NCBI GenBank assembly: GCA_017640615.1
Contig: JAEPQK010000007.1
Span: 104,407-168,406 of the forward strand
Direction: 5' to 3'
From: Rhizobiaceae bacterium
GTDB lineage: Bacteria; Pseudomonadota; Alphaproteobacteria; Rhizobiales; Rhizobiaceae
DNA length: 64,000 nt
The translations under genes were made by a program, and so were the position numbers. This document shows positions 1 through 9,402 of the stretch, piece by piece. Below the pieces are notes generated by a model. It was not told the origin of the DNA, searched no databases, and saw nothing but the letters and a program-made list of their open reading frames with translations. Every line of letters begins with the position of its first letter. Within the stretch, counting starts at the first letter, position 1.

Positions 1-605
1 ATGCAGAGCGGCAGCATCTCGCGCTCCTCTTCCCGATAGATAAGGTTGTAGTGCGGTTGCATGGAAACGAAGCGAGCCCAGCCGTTTGCGCGTTGCAGAC
101 CGAGGGCCTTCATGAACTGCCAGGCGAACATGGAGGAGGCGCCGAGATAACGCACCTTGCCCGAACGCACGACATCGTTAAGCGCCTCAAGCGTCTCTTC
201 CAACGGCGTTTCGTAGTCGAAGCGATGCAACTGCAACAGGTCGATATGATCGGTGCCGAGCCTGCGCAGGCTACCCTCCACACTGTCGAAGACGTGCTTG
301 CGCGAAAGACCGCGATCATTGGGGTCGTCGCTCATCGGATTATAAAGTTTGGTAGCGATTACAAGCTTGTGACGCGGCTGAAGAGGCATCAGTCTGTCGC
401 GCAATATCTCTTCGCTTACGCCGCGCGAGTACATGTCGGCGGTGTCGAAGAGGTTGATACCGCGCTCAACGGCCGCTTCGATGATCGGAGCCGATGCATC
501 GGCGTCGAGCACCCATGACGCCCATTCGGGTGAACCGAATGTCATACACCCGAGGCCGATCCTGGACACTTTGAGCCCGGTTCTGCCCAACGACACATAT
601 TCCAT
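1..605 (-). CDS. aldo/keto reductase (5' part only; 3' end lies outside the window)
   Basis: Manual minus-strand translation from ATG 605-603 gives MEYVSLGRTGLKVSRIGLGCMTFGSPEWASWVLDADASAPII..., a typical AKR N-terminus. It is absent from the ORF track because it runs off the edge. The 51..518 + ORF is its antisense shadow. Confidence 0.8.
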   Translation of the reverse strand, partial: MEYVSLGRTGLKVSRIGLGCMTFGSPEWASWVLDADASAPIIEAAVERGINLFDTADMYSRGVSEEILRDRLMPLQPRHKLVIATKLYNPMSDDPNDRGLSRKHVFDSVEGSLRRLGTDHIDLLQLHRFDYETPLEETLEALNDVVRSGKVRYLGASSMFAWQFMKALGLQRANGWARFVSMQPHYNLIYREEEREMLPLC

Positions 606-684
606 CTTTCCGATTCTCCGCTGTTTGGCGCTCTGCAGCCCAATCCGAGCCGCTGCACGACCATAAATCACATAGTGTCACGTT

Positions 685-1788
685 TTGTTAGCACACGAGT
701 GCACAATTTTTCGCTTGTGTTGTCGTGAGAATCCTAATTACACTCAAAGTGTGACAAACGAACATAACACTTTCGCTTTCGATCTCAACGCCGGCTGCAT
801 CGACAAATCGCTGCCGGTACCGGTGGGCCGCCAGCTTTACGGACTGCTGAGCTATCAGCTTTCGCATGGCGATCTGCGGAAGGGCACACGGCTCCCGTCG
901 GTGCGCCAGCTGGCGCGCTCGCTAGGCATAGCGCAGGCGACGGTTGCGCAGGTCTACAAGGATCTGCGCGATGCCGGGCTACTGGAGATGCGCCATGGCG
1001 CGGGCGCGTTCACCCGTCTCGCAATGCCCACGGACACCGACCTTTCGTCGGGAGACCTGCGTGCCGACATAGCGCGGCTGCTCAACCGGGCCGAACATGC
1101 CGGCATCCCGCCGCTGGCGCTCGTTGGAATGGTCAATGCGCAGGCGCAGCTACGCCAGGGTGCGCCTGGTCTGAACATTGTCTTCGTTGCCATCTTCGAA
1201 GGTCCGGGCCGCGCCTATGTGGATGCGATCATGCCGCATCTCCTGTCTGCTGACCGGGTGACGCTCTTGACCACCTCGGCCCTCACCGAGGACCCGAAGG
1301 CCCGTGCGACCTGTGAAGCAGCCGATCTTGTGCTGACATTCGTTCACCGCACTGCCGAAGTTTCCGCGCTCGTCCCGACAGCGAATGTGATGGGTCTGCG
1401 CTTCATTCCATCCGATGCGACGCGGCAGGCTCTTGCGGCCCTGGACCCGCGTAGCCGGGTCGCGGCCATCACGCATCTTGAAGACTACATCGCCATCATG
1501 CGTCCGAGTGTGCAACGCTTCGCGCCACATATCAGCGATGTCGCCGTTTCGTGGTCGCATGCACCGGACCTGAAGGCGACGATCGCCCGCTCGGACGCCG
1601 TGATCTACGCCACAGGCGCCGACCACGTGGCCGCCATGGTGCGGCCCGGCACCACCTGTTTTGAGTATCGCCACATGCCCGACCCTGCTGGACTCGAGGC
1701 GGATCTGGAACCGCGCCTCGCAGAACTTCGTGCAGGTCGTCGGCTGCGTGTGGTCGAGGGCGGTCTAACGAAGAGCGCCGACATTTGA
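685..1788 (+). CDS. GntR-family transcriptional regulator with a large C-terminal effector domain
   Basis: Winged-helix GntR signature RLPSVRQLARSLGIAQATVAQVYKDLRDAGLLEMRHGAGAFT, followed by a ~270-aa C-terminal domain. The track start is TTG; GTG at 751 is an alternative. The gene is divergent from the AKR and sits upstream of the peptide ABC operon. Confidence 0.75.
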   Translation: MLAHECTIFRLCCRENPNYTQSVTNEHNTFAFDLNAGCIDKSLPVPVGRQLYGLLSYQLSHGDLRKGTRLPSVRQLARSLGIAQATVAQVYKDLRDAGLLEMRHGAGAFTRLAMPTDTDLSSGDLRADIARLLNRAEHAGIPPLALVGMVNAQAQLRQGAPGLNIVFVAIFEGPGRAYVDAIMPHLLSADRVTLLTTSALTEDPKARATCEAADLVLTFVHRTAEVSALVPTANVMGLRFIPSDATRQALAALDPRSRVAAITHLEDYIAIMRPSVQRFAPHISDVAVSWSHAPDLKATIARSDAVIYATGADHVAAMVRPGTTCFEYRHMPDPAGLEADLEPRLAELRAGRRLRVVEGGLTKSADI

Positions 1789-1823
1789 ACCGAGCGACAT
1801 AACGAAAACAGGGAGAAACCGAC

Positions 1824-3338
1824 ATGCTCAGATTCAGACTACTCGCAGCAACCGCCGCGCTTGCTCTCGCAACCGGCATCGCAGGGGCTCAGGAACTCGT
1901 CATCGGTGCCGATGTCGATGCCGGCACGCTCGATCCGCGGCTTGCCCGCGATACGACGGCCTACCGGTCCGTAAATCTCATCTATTCCGGTCTCGTGCAT
2001 TTGACGCCCGAGCTGGAGCCGGTGCCCGACCTGGCAGAAAGCTGGGAAAGCCCGGACCCGAAGACGATCGTATTCACGCTCCGCGAAGGCCTCAAATTCT
2101 CTGATGGCTCCGCGCTCACCGCCGAGGATGTCGTCTTCACTTTCGAGACCATACTGAACCCGGATTTCAGTGCCCCGCAGCGCGGTCTATTCACGCCGAT
2201 TGAAAGCGTGGAGGCGGTCGATGAGCGCACCGTGCGCTTCAATCTCGCTTCGCCCTATGCGCCGCTGCTCAGCTATCTCGACATGGGCATCGTGCCCTCG
2301 GACTACGATGGCGATCTCTCCACCGATCCGGTCGGCGCTGGCCCGATGGTTCTGAGCAACTGGAACCGAGGCTCCGAGATCGTCTTGTCGGCGTCCGACA
2401 GCTACTGGGCGGGTGCTCCTGAGGTCAAAGAGCTGACTTTGCGCATCGTGGGCGACAACGCCGCACGGGCACAAGCCTTCGAAGCGGGTGACCTCGATGT
2501 CATTCAGTCCCCGCTATCGCCGGGCGACATCAAGCGGCTGGCGGCAGACGACAGCTACAATTCAAACCTGTCGGCCGGCCTTGGTGTGACCTATCTCAAC
2601 ATGAACACCAACAACCCGTTGCTGGCCGATCCGGCCACGCGGCGCGCCTTTGCAATGCTGGTCGATCAGTCGACGATCGTGGACGCGATCTATGAAGGCG
2701 TCGATGAGGTTGCGAACTCGATTATTCTGCCGTCTTCATGGGCTTACGACGCCTCGATCGCGCAGCCGACCTTCGACCCTGAAGGCGCAAAAGCCGCCTT
2801 CGCAGAGCTCGGCTGGAGCGACAGCGATGGCGATGGCGTGCTCGACCGTGACGGTCAGAAGCTGTCGGTTACGCTGGCCACTCACAGCGAAGATCCGAAC
2901 CGCATCCAGGCAGTCGAATTTCTGCAGGCTACTATGCAGCAGGCGGGCATCGACGCCCAGGTTCAGATATCGGACTGGCCATCCTTCTCGACCGGATACG
3001 TCCAGAAGGGCGAGCATGAAATCGCGCTTCTCGGTTGGCTCAACATCGTCGATCCCGATCGGCTGACCTACAACCAGCTCACTACGGGTGCCGGCCTCAA
3101 CTGGGGCGGTTATTCGAACGAGGAGGTCGACAAGCTGCTTGAGGAGGGCCGCACCGCGCTCGATCAGGAAGCGCGCAAGGCCGCATATCAGAAGGCGGCG
3201 GCGATCATCGCTGAGGAGGTGCCGTATTACATCATCTCCTATCAGGGCTATCACCTGTTCTACAAAAAGGACATGCCTGCAGATGTGACGGCCAACCCGC
3301 GCGGAACGTTCCGCGGCATGATCGGCATGCCCGGATAA
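1824..3338 (+). CDS. ABC transporter substrate-binding protein, family 5 (DppA/OppA/NikA-like)
   Basis: Signal peptide MLRFRLLAATAALALATGIAGAQE. The ~500-aa length and overall sequence are typical of peptide/nickel binding proteins. GGGAGA RBS upstream. Confidence 0.9.
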   Translation: MLRFRLLAATAALALATGIAGAQELVIGADVDAGTLDPRLARDTTAYRSVNLIYSGLVHLTPELEPVPDLAESWESPDPKTIVFTLREGLKFSDGSALTAEDVVFTFETILNPDFSAPQRGLFTPIESVEAVDERTVRFNLASPYAPLLSYLDMGIVPSDYDGDLSTDPVGAGPMVLSNWNRGSEIVLSASDSYWAGAPEVKELTLRIVGDNAARAQAFEAGDLDVIQSPLSPGDIKRLAADDSYNSNLSAGLGVTYLNMNTNNPLLADPATRRAFAMLVDQSTIVDAIYEGVDEVANSIILPSSWAYDASIAQPTFDPEGAKAAFAELGWSDSDGDGVLDRDGQKLSVTLATHSEDPNRIQAVEFLQATMQQAGIDAQVQISDWPSFSTGYVQKGEHEIALLGWLNIVDPDRLTYNQLTTGAGLNWGGYSNEEVDKLLEEGRTALDQEARKAAYQKAAAIIAEEVPYYIISYQGYHLFYKKDMPADVTANPRGTFRGMIGMPG

Positions 3339-3413
3339 CAGGCTCCGAAATCTCATGCGGCGCGCGCTTCCTAGCGCGCCGCATGAGCCAACCTTTCCGA
3401 ACCCGGTAGAGTC

Positions 3414-4394
3414 ATGACCGCCTACGTGATCCGACGGCTGCTGCTTTTCGTGCCGATGGCAATCGGCATCGTCGTCGTAACCTTCTGCCTATTGCTGCTG
3501 ATCCCGGGCGACCCCGCTGCGGTGCTGCTTGGGCAAGAAGCAACGCCGGAGGCAATCGCCACATTGCGGCGGACGCTGGGCCTGGATCAGCCGGCTTATA
3601 TTCAGCTCTTCATCTATTTCGGAAATATCCTGCAAGGCGACCTCGGCCAGTCGATCTTCCAGAATGCACCGGTGTCGGAAATCATCCTTGGCCGCATCGG
3701 CGCGACGCTGGAACTGGCCATTGTTGCACTCACAATGTCAGCCGCTATCGGCATTACGCTGGGCGTGATTGCCGCCATGCGTCCGGGCGGTATCGTCGAT
3801 GCCTCGGCAATGCTGCTCGCGCAGCTCGGCATCTCCATGCCGGTCTATTGGCTGGCGCTCCTCCTGATGCTGGCTTTCGCTGTGATGCTCGGCTGGCTAC
3901 CGGCAATCGGACGCGGGGAGCCGCTCGTGTCGGCATTCGGCATGGCCTTGGCCGGCAACCCGGCGCCATTGCTTGATTCACTGTCTCACATCGCGCTGCC
4001 TGCGGCCTCGCTGGCTGTCAATTCCGCGGCGATCATTTCGAGGCTCGTACGCGCTTCCATGCTGGAAGTGCTGAACGAGGACTTTGTCCGCACCGCGCGC
4101 GCAAAAGGTGTCCGCCGCAGGCAAGTGATCTGGAACCATGCTCTGCGCAACGCTTTGTTGCCGGTGATCTCAGTGATCGGCCTGCGGTTTGGCGCTTTGC
4201 TGGGCGGTGCAATTCTGACCGAAACAATCTTCGCGTGGCCTGGCCTCGGTCAGCTGACGATTGCGGCTATTTCGCAGCGCGACCTGCCGCTCATCCAAGG
4301 CATCGTGCTGACCTTCGCGATGATCTTCGCCACAGTGACGCTCATCGTCGATCTTCTCTACGCGGTTGTCGATCCGCGAATTCGCCTCAAATGA
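3414..4394 (+). CDS. ABC transporter permease (DppB/OppB-like)
   Basis: Multi-TM protein with a BPD-transporter EAA-like loop (RTARAKGVRRRQVIWNHALRNALLP). Directly follows the binding protein gene. Confidence 0.9.
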   Translation: MTAYVIRRLLLFVPMAIGIVVVTFCLLLLIPGDPAAVLLGQEATPEAIATLRRTLGLDQPAYIQLFIYFGNILQGDLGQSIFQNAPVSEIILGRIGATLELAIVALTMSAAIGITLGVIAAMRPGGIVDASAMLLAQLGISMPVYWLALLLMLAFAVMLGWLPAIGRGEPLVSAFGMALAGNPAPLLDSLSHIALPAASLAVNSAAIISRLVRASMLEVLNEDFVRTARAKGVRRRQVIWNHALRNALLPVISVIGLRFGALLGGAILTETIFAWPGLGQLTIAAISQRDLPLIQGIVLTFAMIFATVTLIVDLLYAVVDPRIRLK

Positions 4395-5263
4395 GTACCG
4401 GCATGGCAGATACACAGTTGCGCGCACGGCGTTTCAGGCTGCCTAAGAGGCTGCGCAATGCAGCGCTACTGATTGGCGCGGCGATCTCCTCAACAATCAT
4501 CCTGCTGGCGATTTTTGCACCGTTCCTGGCAACGCACGATCTCGCCGCAATGGATATGGTCAACCGCTTCAGCGGCCCCTCCTTCGAGCACTTGCTCGGC
4601 ACAGACAATTTCGGCCGCGACATATGGAGCCGGCTGATCTACGGAGCGCGCATCTCTCTTACGATCGCGATCATTGCCGTTACCTGCTCGGCGATAATCG
4701 GCACGATTGTCGGCCTTGTGTCGGGCTATTTCGGCGGCTGGATCGATCTGCTGCTGATGCGGCTGACGGACATCTTCCTGGGTTTCCCGCCACTGCTGCT
4801 GGTGCTTGCAGTTGTGGCCGTGTTGGGCCCCGGCCTGTTTAACGTTGCAGCATCGCTCGTCGTCGTTTCGTGGACGGAGTATGCGCGCGTGGTGCGCAGC
4901 ACCACGCTTTCTCTGCGAGAACAGAACTATGTACAGGCCGCCCGCGCGCTCGGCGCATCGCCGTGGCGCATCCTGTTGCGCGAGATACTGCCGAACTCTC
5001 TGGGTCCGATCACCGTGCTGGCCTCTCTGGGTCTGGGAACCGCTATCGTTTGGGAAAGCGCGCTGAGCTTCCTCGGTTTCGGGTTGCCGCCGCCTGCCCC
5101 GACCTGGGGCTGGTCGCTAAGTTACGGCACCCGCTTCATTCGCGACGAGCCTTGGCTGTCCGTCGTCTCTGGCGCGGCAATCATGATCACCGTGCTCGGT
5201 TTCAATCTGTTGGGTGACGGGCTCCGCGACGTGCTCGACCCTCGTCACAAAACCCGGGGCTAG
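4391..5263 (+). CDS. ABC transporter permease (DppC/OppC-like)
   Basis: In frame with ORF 4235..5263. I moved the start to ATG 4391, which makes an ATGA overlap with the upstream stop. N-terminal TM segment LLIGAAISSTIILLAIFAPFLATHD is typical of DppC. Confidence 0.9.
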   Translation: MSTGMADTQLRARRFRLPKRLRNAALLIGAAISSTIILLAIFAPFLATHDLAAMDMVNRFSGPSFEHLLGTDNFGRDIWSRLIYGARISLTIAIIAVTCSAIIGTIVGLVSGYFGGWIDLLLMRLTDIFLGFPPLLLVLAVVAVLGPGLFNVAASLVVVSWTEYARVVRSTTLSLREQNYVQAARALGASPWRILLREILPNSLGPITVLASLGLGTAIVWESALSFLGFGLPPPAPTWGWSLSYGTRFIRDEPWLSVVSGAAIMITVLGFNLLGDGLRDVLDPRHKTRG

Positions 5264-5284
5264 CGCCCCCAAAAGGAGAAAAAG

Positions 5285-6226
5285 ATGGTCAAGACGATCA
5301 ACCGGCACAGCCCCAAGATCACGACACTCGCGGACGGAACCGACGCGCTGCTGCACATGACCGACCTGGTGGGTGAGGAAGATGGGCCGCTGATCGGCAT
5401 CTCGGCCTCGATCCACGGCAATGAAAACTGCGGTAGTCAGGCCATTCTCGACCTTTATCGCCGGCTGAAGGATATGCGGCTGCGCGGTACGATACGCCTG
5501 CTGCCCGTGGTCAACGCGCGAGCCATGGTCGTCAATGCCAGGTTCTCGCCTATCGATCAGCGCGACCTCAACCGCGAGTTTCCGGGCGATCCTGCAGGCA
5601 CCTTCTCTCAGCAACTCGCCGCTGCGCTAACGCGGGAGTTCCTTGGCAAAATCGATATGCATATCGACCTGCATTCTGGAACGGATCGGCCGACCGTCGA
5701 CTACGTCTATCTGCTCAACGACGAGGGGTTGAGCCGCGCCTTCGGTTCGAAAATCCTCTACCGACCGGACGATACCAAGCAAGGCACGAAATTCTCCGGC
5801 ACGACGAAGGATGTAACGGTCGAGCGCGGTGTCCCCGCCGCGGTGATCGAACTTGGCGGCGGCATCGTCGATCAGGGACCCTATATCGAGCGGATCGTTG
5901 AGGGCGTGCTCAACATGCTGCGCCATGCTGGCGCTATCGACGAGGAAGCCACGCCGCCACCGGCGCAGATCGTGGTCAACGAGATCGCTGGCATACGGCC
6001 TACCAAGGGCGGCTGGATCGAACCGCTTTCGCCGCCGCTCGGTGACGAACTCGCGCCACATCAGCCGCTCTTCCGTGTCGTGAGCCCATACAATTTCGAG
6101 GTTCTGGAAGAAGCGAAGAGCCCGTTCGAACGCGGCATCATGATCATGGGTCATCTCACTCGCAACATTGTGGAAGCCGGTGACTATGGCTGGATGGTCG
6201 GCAATCTGGACGGTGCCACTTCATGA
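5285..6226 (+). CDS. succinylglutamate desuccinylase/aspartoacylase (AstE/AspA, M14-like) family deacylase
   Basis: Motifs SIHGNENCG, DLNREFPG and DLHSG are characteristic of the family. Strong RBS AAGGAGA. The gene is inserted between the permease and ATPase genes. Confidence 0.75.
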   Translation: MVKTINRHSPKITTLADGTDALLHMTDLVGEEDGPLIGISASIHGNENCGSQAILDLYRRLKDMRLRGTIRLLPVVNARAMVVNARFSPIDQRDLNREFPGDPAGTFSQQLAAALTREFLGKIDMHIDLHSGTDRPTVDYVYLLNDEGLSRAFGSKILYRPDDTKQGTKFSGTTKDVTVERGVPAAVIELGGGIVDQGPYIERIVEGVLNMLRHAGAIDEEATPPPAQIVVNEIAGIRPTKGGWIEPLSPPLGDELAPHQPLFRVVSPYNFEVLEEAKSPFERGIMIMGHLTRNIVEAGDYGWMVGNLDGATS

Positions 6227-7191
6227 GCCAGGCCGCGCTCACAGTGCGCGATCTGGATGTGCGCATAGCTTCGGCCGATCCACCATTCACGGTGGTGGCC
6301 GACATGTCGCTCGCCGTCTCGCAGGGCGAGACGCTCTGCATCGTCGGCGAAAGCGGCTGCGGGAAATCGATGACTGCGCTGGCGCTGATGCGGCTCTTGC
6401 CTCAAGGGGTCGATGTCGCCCGCGGTTCGGTCGTACTCGGCGATGTCGAGCTGACGGCGCTGTCGGAGCGACAGGCGGAAGACTTCCGCGGCAACCGCAT
6501 CGCGATGATCTTTCAGGAACCCCTCACGGCGCTGAATCCAGTCATGACCATCGGGTCGCAAATCGCCGAAGCCATCGCGCGCCATCGCGGCCTTTCGGGG
6601 CGCGAAGCGTGGTCGGCCGCGGTCGAAGCGTTGCGTCAAACACAGATGCCCGATCCCGAGCGACGCGCCGGCCAGTACCCGCATGAACTCTCGGGCGGCA
6701 TGCGTCAGCGCGCGGTGATCGCGCTCGCCCTTTGTTGCGAGCCGCAGGTGATCGTCGCTGACGAGCCAACAACCGCCCTCGATGTAACGGTTCAAGCACA
6801 GATACTGGGGCTGATCCGGCAGATGCAGGAGCGTCACGGCACTGCTCTTGTGCTGATCACGCACGACCTCGGCGTCGTTGCCGAAACGGCCGACCGCGTA
6901 GTGGTTATGTATGCCGGCCGCTGCGTCGAAGAGGCGTCGGTCGAAGACCTCTTCGATGCGCCCCTGCACCCCTACACGCACGGCCTCATGGGCGCGATCC
7001 CGCGCCGGGGCGCAGAGCATCTGACGGAGATCGGCGGCACCGTTCCGCCACTATGGAAGTTGCCGCAGGGCTGCGCATTTGCGCCGCGTTGCCCCCGTGT
7101 GACCGATCGCTGCAGAGAAGAACGGCCGCCGCTCCTTGAATACCGACCCAACCACCGCGCCGCCTGCTGGAATGTCCACGATGCAGCATGA
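6223..7191 (+). CDS. ABC transporter ATP-binding protein (DppD/OppD-like)
   Basis: Walker A GESGCGKS, signature LSGGMRQR, Walker B VIVADEPTTALD, and a C-terminal oligopeptide-transporter extension. ATGA overlap with the upstream gene. Confidence 0.9.
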   Translation: MSQAALTVRDLDVRIASADPPFTVVADMSLAVSQGETLCIVGESGCGKSMTALALMRLLPQGVDVARGSVVLGDVELTALSERQAEDFRGNRIAMIFQEPLTALNPVMTIGSQIAEAIARHRGLSGREAWSAAVEALRQTQMPDPERRAGQYPHELSGGMRQRAVIALALCCEPQVIVADEPTTALDVTVQAQILGLIRQMQERHGTALVLITHDLGVVAETADRVVVMYAGRCVEEASVEDLFDAPLHPYTHGLMGAIPRRGAEHLTEIGGTVPPLWKLPQGCAFAPRCPRVTDRCREERPPLLEYRPNHRAACWNVHDAA

Positions 7192-8155
7192 CGGCTCAGC
7201 CTTGCTTCAGGTCCGCGACCTGAAGGTGCACTTCCCGATTCGGCAGGGCGTGCTGCAGCGGCAGGTGGGGGCTGTGCGCGCCGTAGACGGTGTTGGCTTT
7301 GAGTTAGCCCGTGGCGAGACGCTTGGGCTCGTCGGCGAAAGCGGTTGCGGCAAGTCGACGACGGGCCTCGCTCTCGTCGGCCTCATAGAACCTACCGCGG
7401 GTCAGGTGTTCTGCGAGGGGGTGGACGTCGCGCGTGCGGGACGGGCGGCAGCGCTGCGTTTCAGGCGCCGGCTGCAGATCGTCTTTCAGGACCCGTTTTC
7501 CTCGCTTAACCCGCGCCAGCGCATCCGCACCATCCTGCGCGCCCCGCTCGACATTCACGATGTCGGCGATCCATCAAGCCGCGATGAGCGTGTCATCGCA
7601 ATGATCGAACGCGTTGGGCTGCGCGCCGATCAGGCCGAGCACTTCCCGCATCAGTTTTCCGGCGGCCAACGGCAGCGCATCGGGATTGCGCGGGCGCTGA
7701 TGCTGGAGCCCGATGTGATCGTATGCGACGAGCCTGTGAGCGCACTCGATGTCTCCGTGCAGGCGCAAATTCTGAACCTGCTTGCCGACCTGCGGTCTGA
7801 ACTTGGTGTTTCGTTGCTGTTCATCAGCCATGACCTGGGTGTGGTCGAACATATCGCCGACCGTGTTGCGGTCATGTATCTCGGCAAGATCGTGGAGACG
7901 GGCCCGAGAGACACGATCTTCTCATCCCCCCGACACCCCTATACGGAACTGTTGTTGAACTCCGTACCTTCGCTCGATCCGCGCCGGCGGCACAAGTTCC
8001 AGGCGAGTTCGATCGAAGTGCCGTCTGCGACATCCAAGCCCTCAGGCTGCGCCTTCCGCACCCGTTGCCCTCTCGCAACCGCCGAATGCGCTTCAACGGA
8101 GCCACCGCTTTCGCCTCGCGATGACGGCCGCGCTCTCGCCTGCCACAACCGTTGA
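7172..8155 (+). CDS. ABC transporter ATP-binding protein (DppF/OppF-like)
   Basis: Walker A GESGCGKST, signature FSGGQRQR, Walker B VIVCDEPVSALD. In frame with ORF 7136..8155. ATG at 7172 or 7181 is the likely start. Confidence 0.9.
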   Translation: MSTMQHDGSALLQVRDLKVHFPIRQGVLQRQVGAVRAVDGVGFELARGETLGLVGESGCGKSTTGLALVGLIEPTAGQVFCEGVDVARAGRAAALRFRRRLQIVFQDPFSSLNPRQRIRTILRAPLDIHDVGDPSSRDERVIAMIERVGLRADQAEHFPHQFSGGQRQRIGIARALMLEPDVIVCDEPVSALDVSVQAQILNLLADLRSELGVSLLFISHDLGVVEHIADRVAVMYLGKIVETGPRDTIFSSPRHPYTELLLNSVPSLDPRRRHKFQASSIEVPSATSKPSGCAFRTRCPLATAECASTEPPLSPRDDGRALACHNR

Positions 8156-8163
8156 GTGACCAG

Positions 8164-9402
8164 ATGACCTACGCCCTGACCGGTGCGCGCCTGCTTGACC
8201 CAGCAACCGCCAGCTATCGTGAGAATGTTTCCCTGCTGATAGACGGCGACCGCGTTGCTGACATTGGCGACGGGACACCGGCTCCCGAGGGCGCAACCGC
8301 AATTCCGCTTGCCGGCAAAGTTGTGATGCCCGGACTGATCGACGCGCACGTTCACGTGGTCGCCGAAACGCTGGATCTTTGGTCGAACATGGTTGCGCCG
8401 ACATCGCTGGCCGCTTTGCGTTCCGCACGAGTGATGGAGGACCTGTTGCAGCGCGGCTTCACCACCATCCGCGATCTCGGCGGCGCCGATTATGGCCTGG
8501 TGCGTGGTGTGGACGAAGGACTTATCGCCGGGCCGCGCGTCGTCATATGCGGCAAGGGGCTCTCCACGACAGGCGGGCACGCCGATCTGCGCCCACGCAC
8601 TGACGACCGGCCGGGCATGATGTCCGACCGGCTGGGCAGCATGGGCGTCATTGCAGACGGTGTCGATGAGGTGCGCAGAATTTCCCGGACCTACATCAAG
8701 GAAGGCGCGGGTTTCATCAAGATTATGGCGAATGGCGGAGTGTCATCGCCCAACGATCCCATCCATGCTCTTCAGTTCTCACGCGAGGAGATCAGCGCCG
8801 CGGTCGAGGAAGCCGAAAATGCCGGCCTCTATGTCGCAGCGCATCTTTACACCGACGCGGCAATACGGCGCTGTGTGGAGCTCGGCGTTCACTCACTGGA
8901 ACACTGCAACCTGATCGAACCGGAGACGGCGGACCTGGCGGCCGCGCGGGGCTGCATCGCAGTGCCGACGCTGGTCGCGTATGAGGCATTGGCGCGCGAC
9001 GGGGAAGCGCTCGGCCTCGGCGCGGAGAGCCTGGCCAAGATCGACGTGGTGCGCGAGGCAGGTCGCCGCTCGCTGGACGTGATGCGCACCGCGGGGCTGC
9101 CTATGGCATTCGGCACCGACCTGCTGGGCGAGTTGCGCCGCTATCACAGCCTCGAAATCGACCTGCTCGCGGAAGTTCTGAACCCTTCAGAGATCATTCG
9201 GTCGCTGACGGAGACCGGGGCACAGCTTTGCCACCTCAAAACGGAAGCGGGCTCGCTCGCGCCGGGCAAACTTGCTGACCTCATCGTAGTCGATGGCGAT
9301 CCGCTGTCGGATATCACCCTGCTCGGTGCAGATGGCAAACACATCAAGGCCGTCATGGCGCGGGGCCGGTTCTTCAAGAACGAGATCGGAGGTACATCAT
9401 GA
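8164..9402 (+). CDS. amidohydrolase-superfamily metal-dependent hydrolase
   Basis: N-terminal PGLIDAHVHV metal-binding motif and a C-terminal GKLADLIVVDGDPL motif typical of the amidohydrolase fold. ATG 8164 preferred over TTG 8152. Confidence 0.8.
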   Translation: MTYALTGARLLDPATASYRENVSLLIDGDRVADIGDGTPAPEGATAIPLAGKVVMPGLIDAHVHVVAETLDLWSNMVAPTSLAALRSARVMEDLLQRGFTTIRDLGGADYGLVRGVDEGLIAGPRVVICGKGLSTTGGHADLRPRTDDRPGMMSDRLGSMGVIADGVDEVRRISRTYIKEGAGFIKIMANGGVSSPNDPIHALQFSREEISAAVEEAENAGLYVAAHLYTDAAIRRCVELGVHSLEHCNLIEPETADLAAARGCIAVPTLVAYEALARDGEALGLGAESLAKIDVVREAGRRSLDVMRTAGLPMAFGTDLLGELRRYHSLEIDLLAEVLNPSEIIRSLTETGAQLCHLKTEAGSLAPGKLADLIVVDGDPLSDITLLGADGKHIKAVMARGRFFKNEIGGTS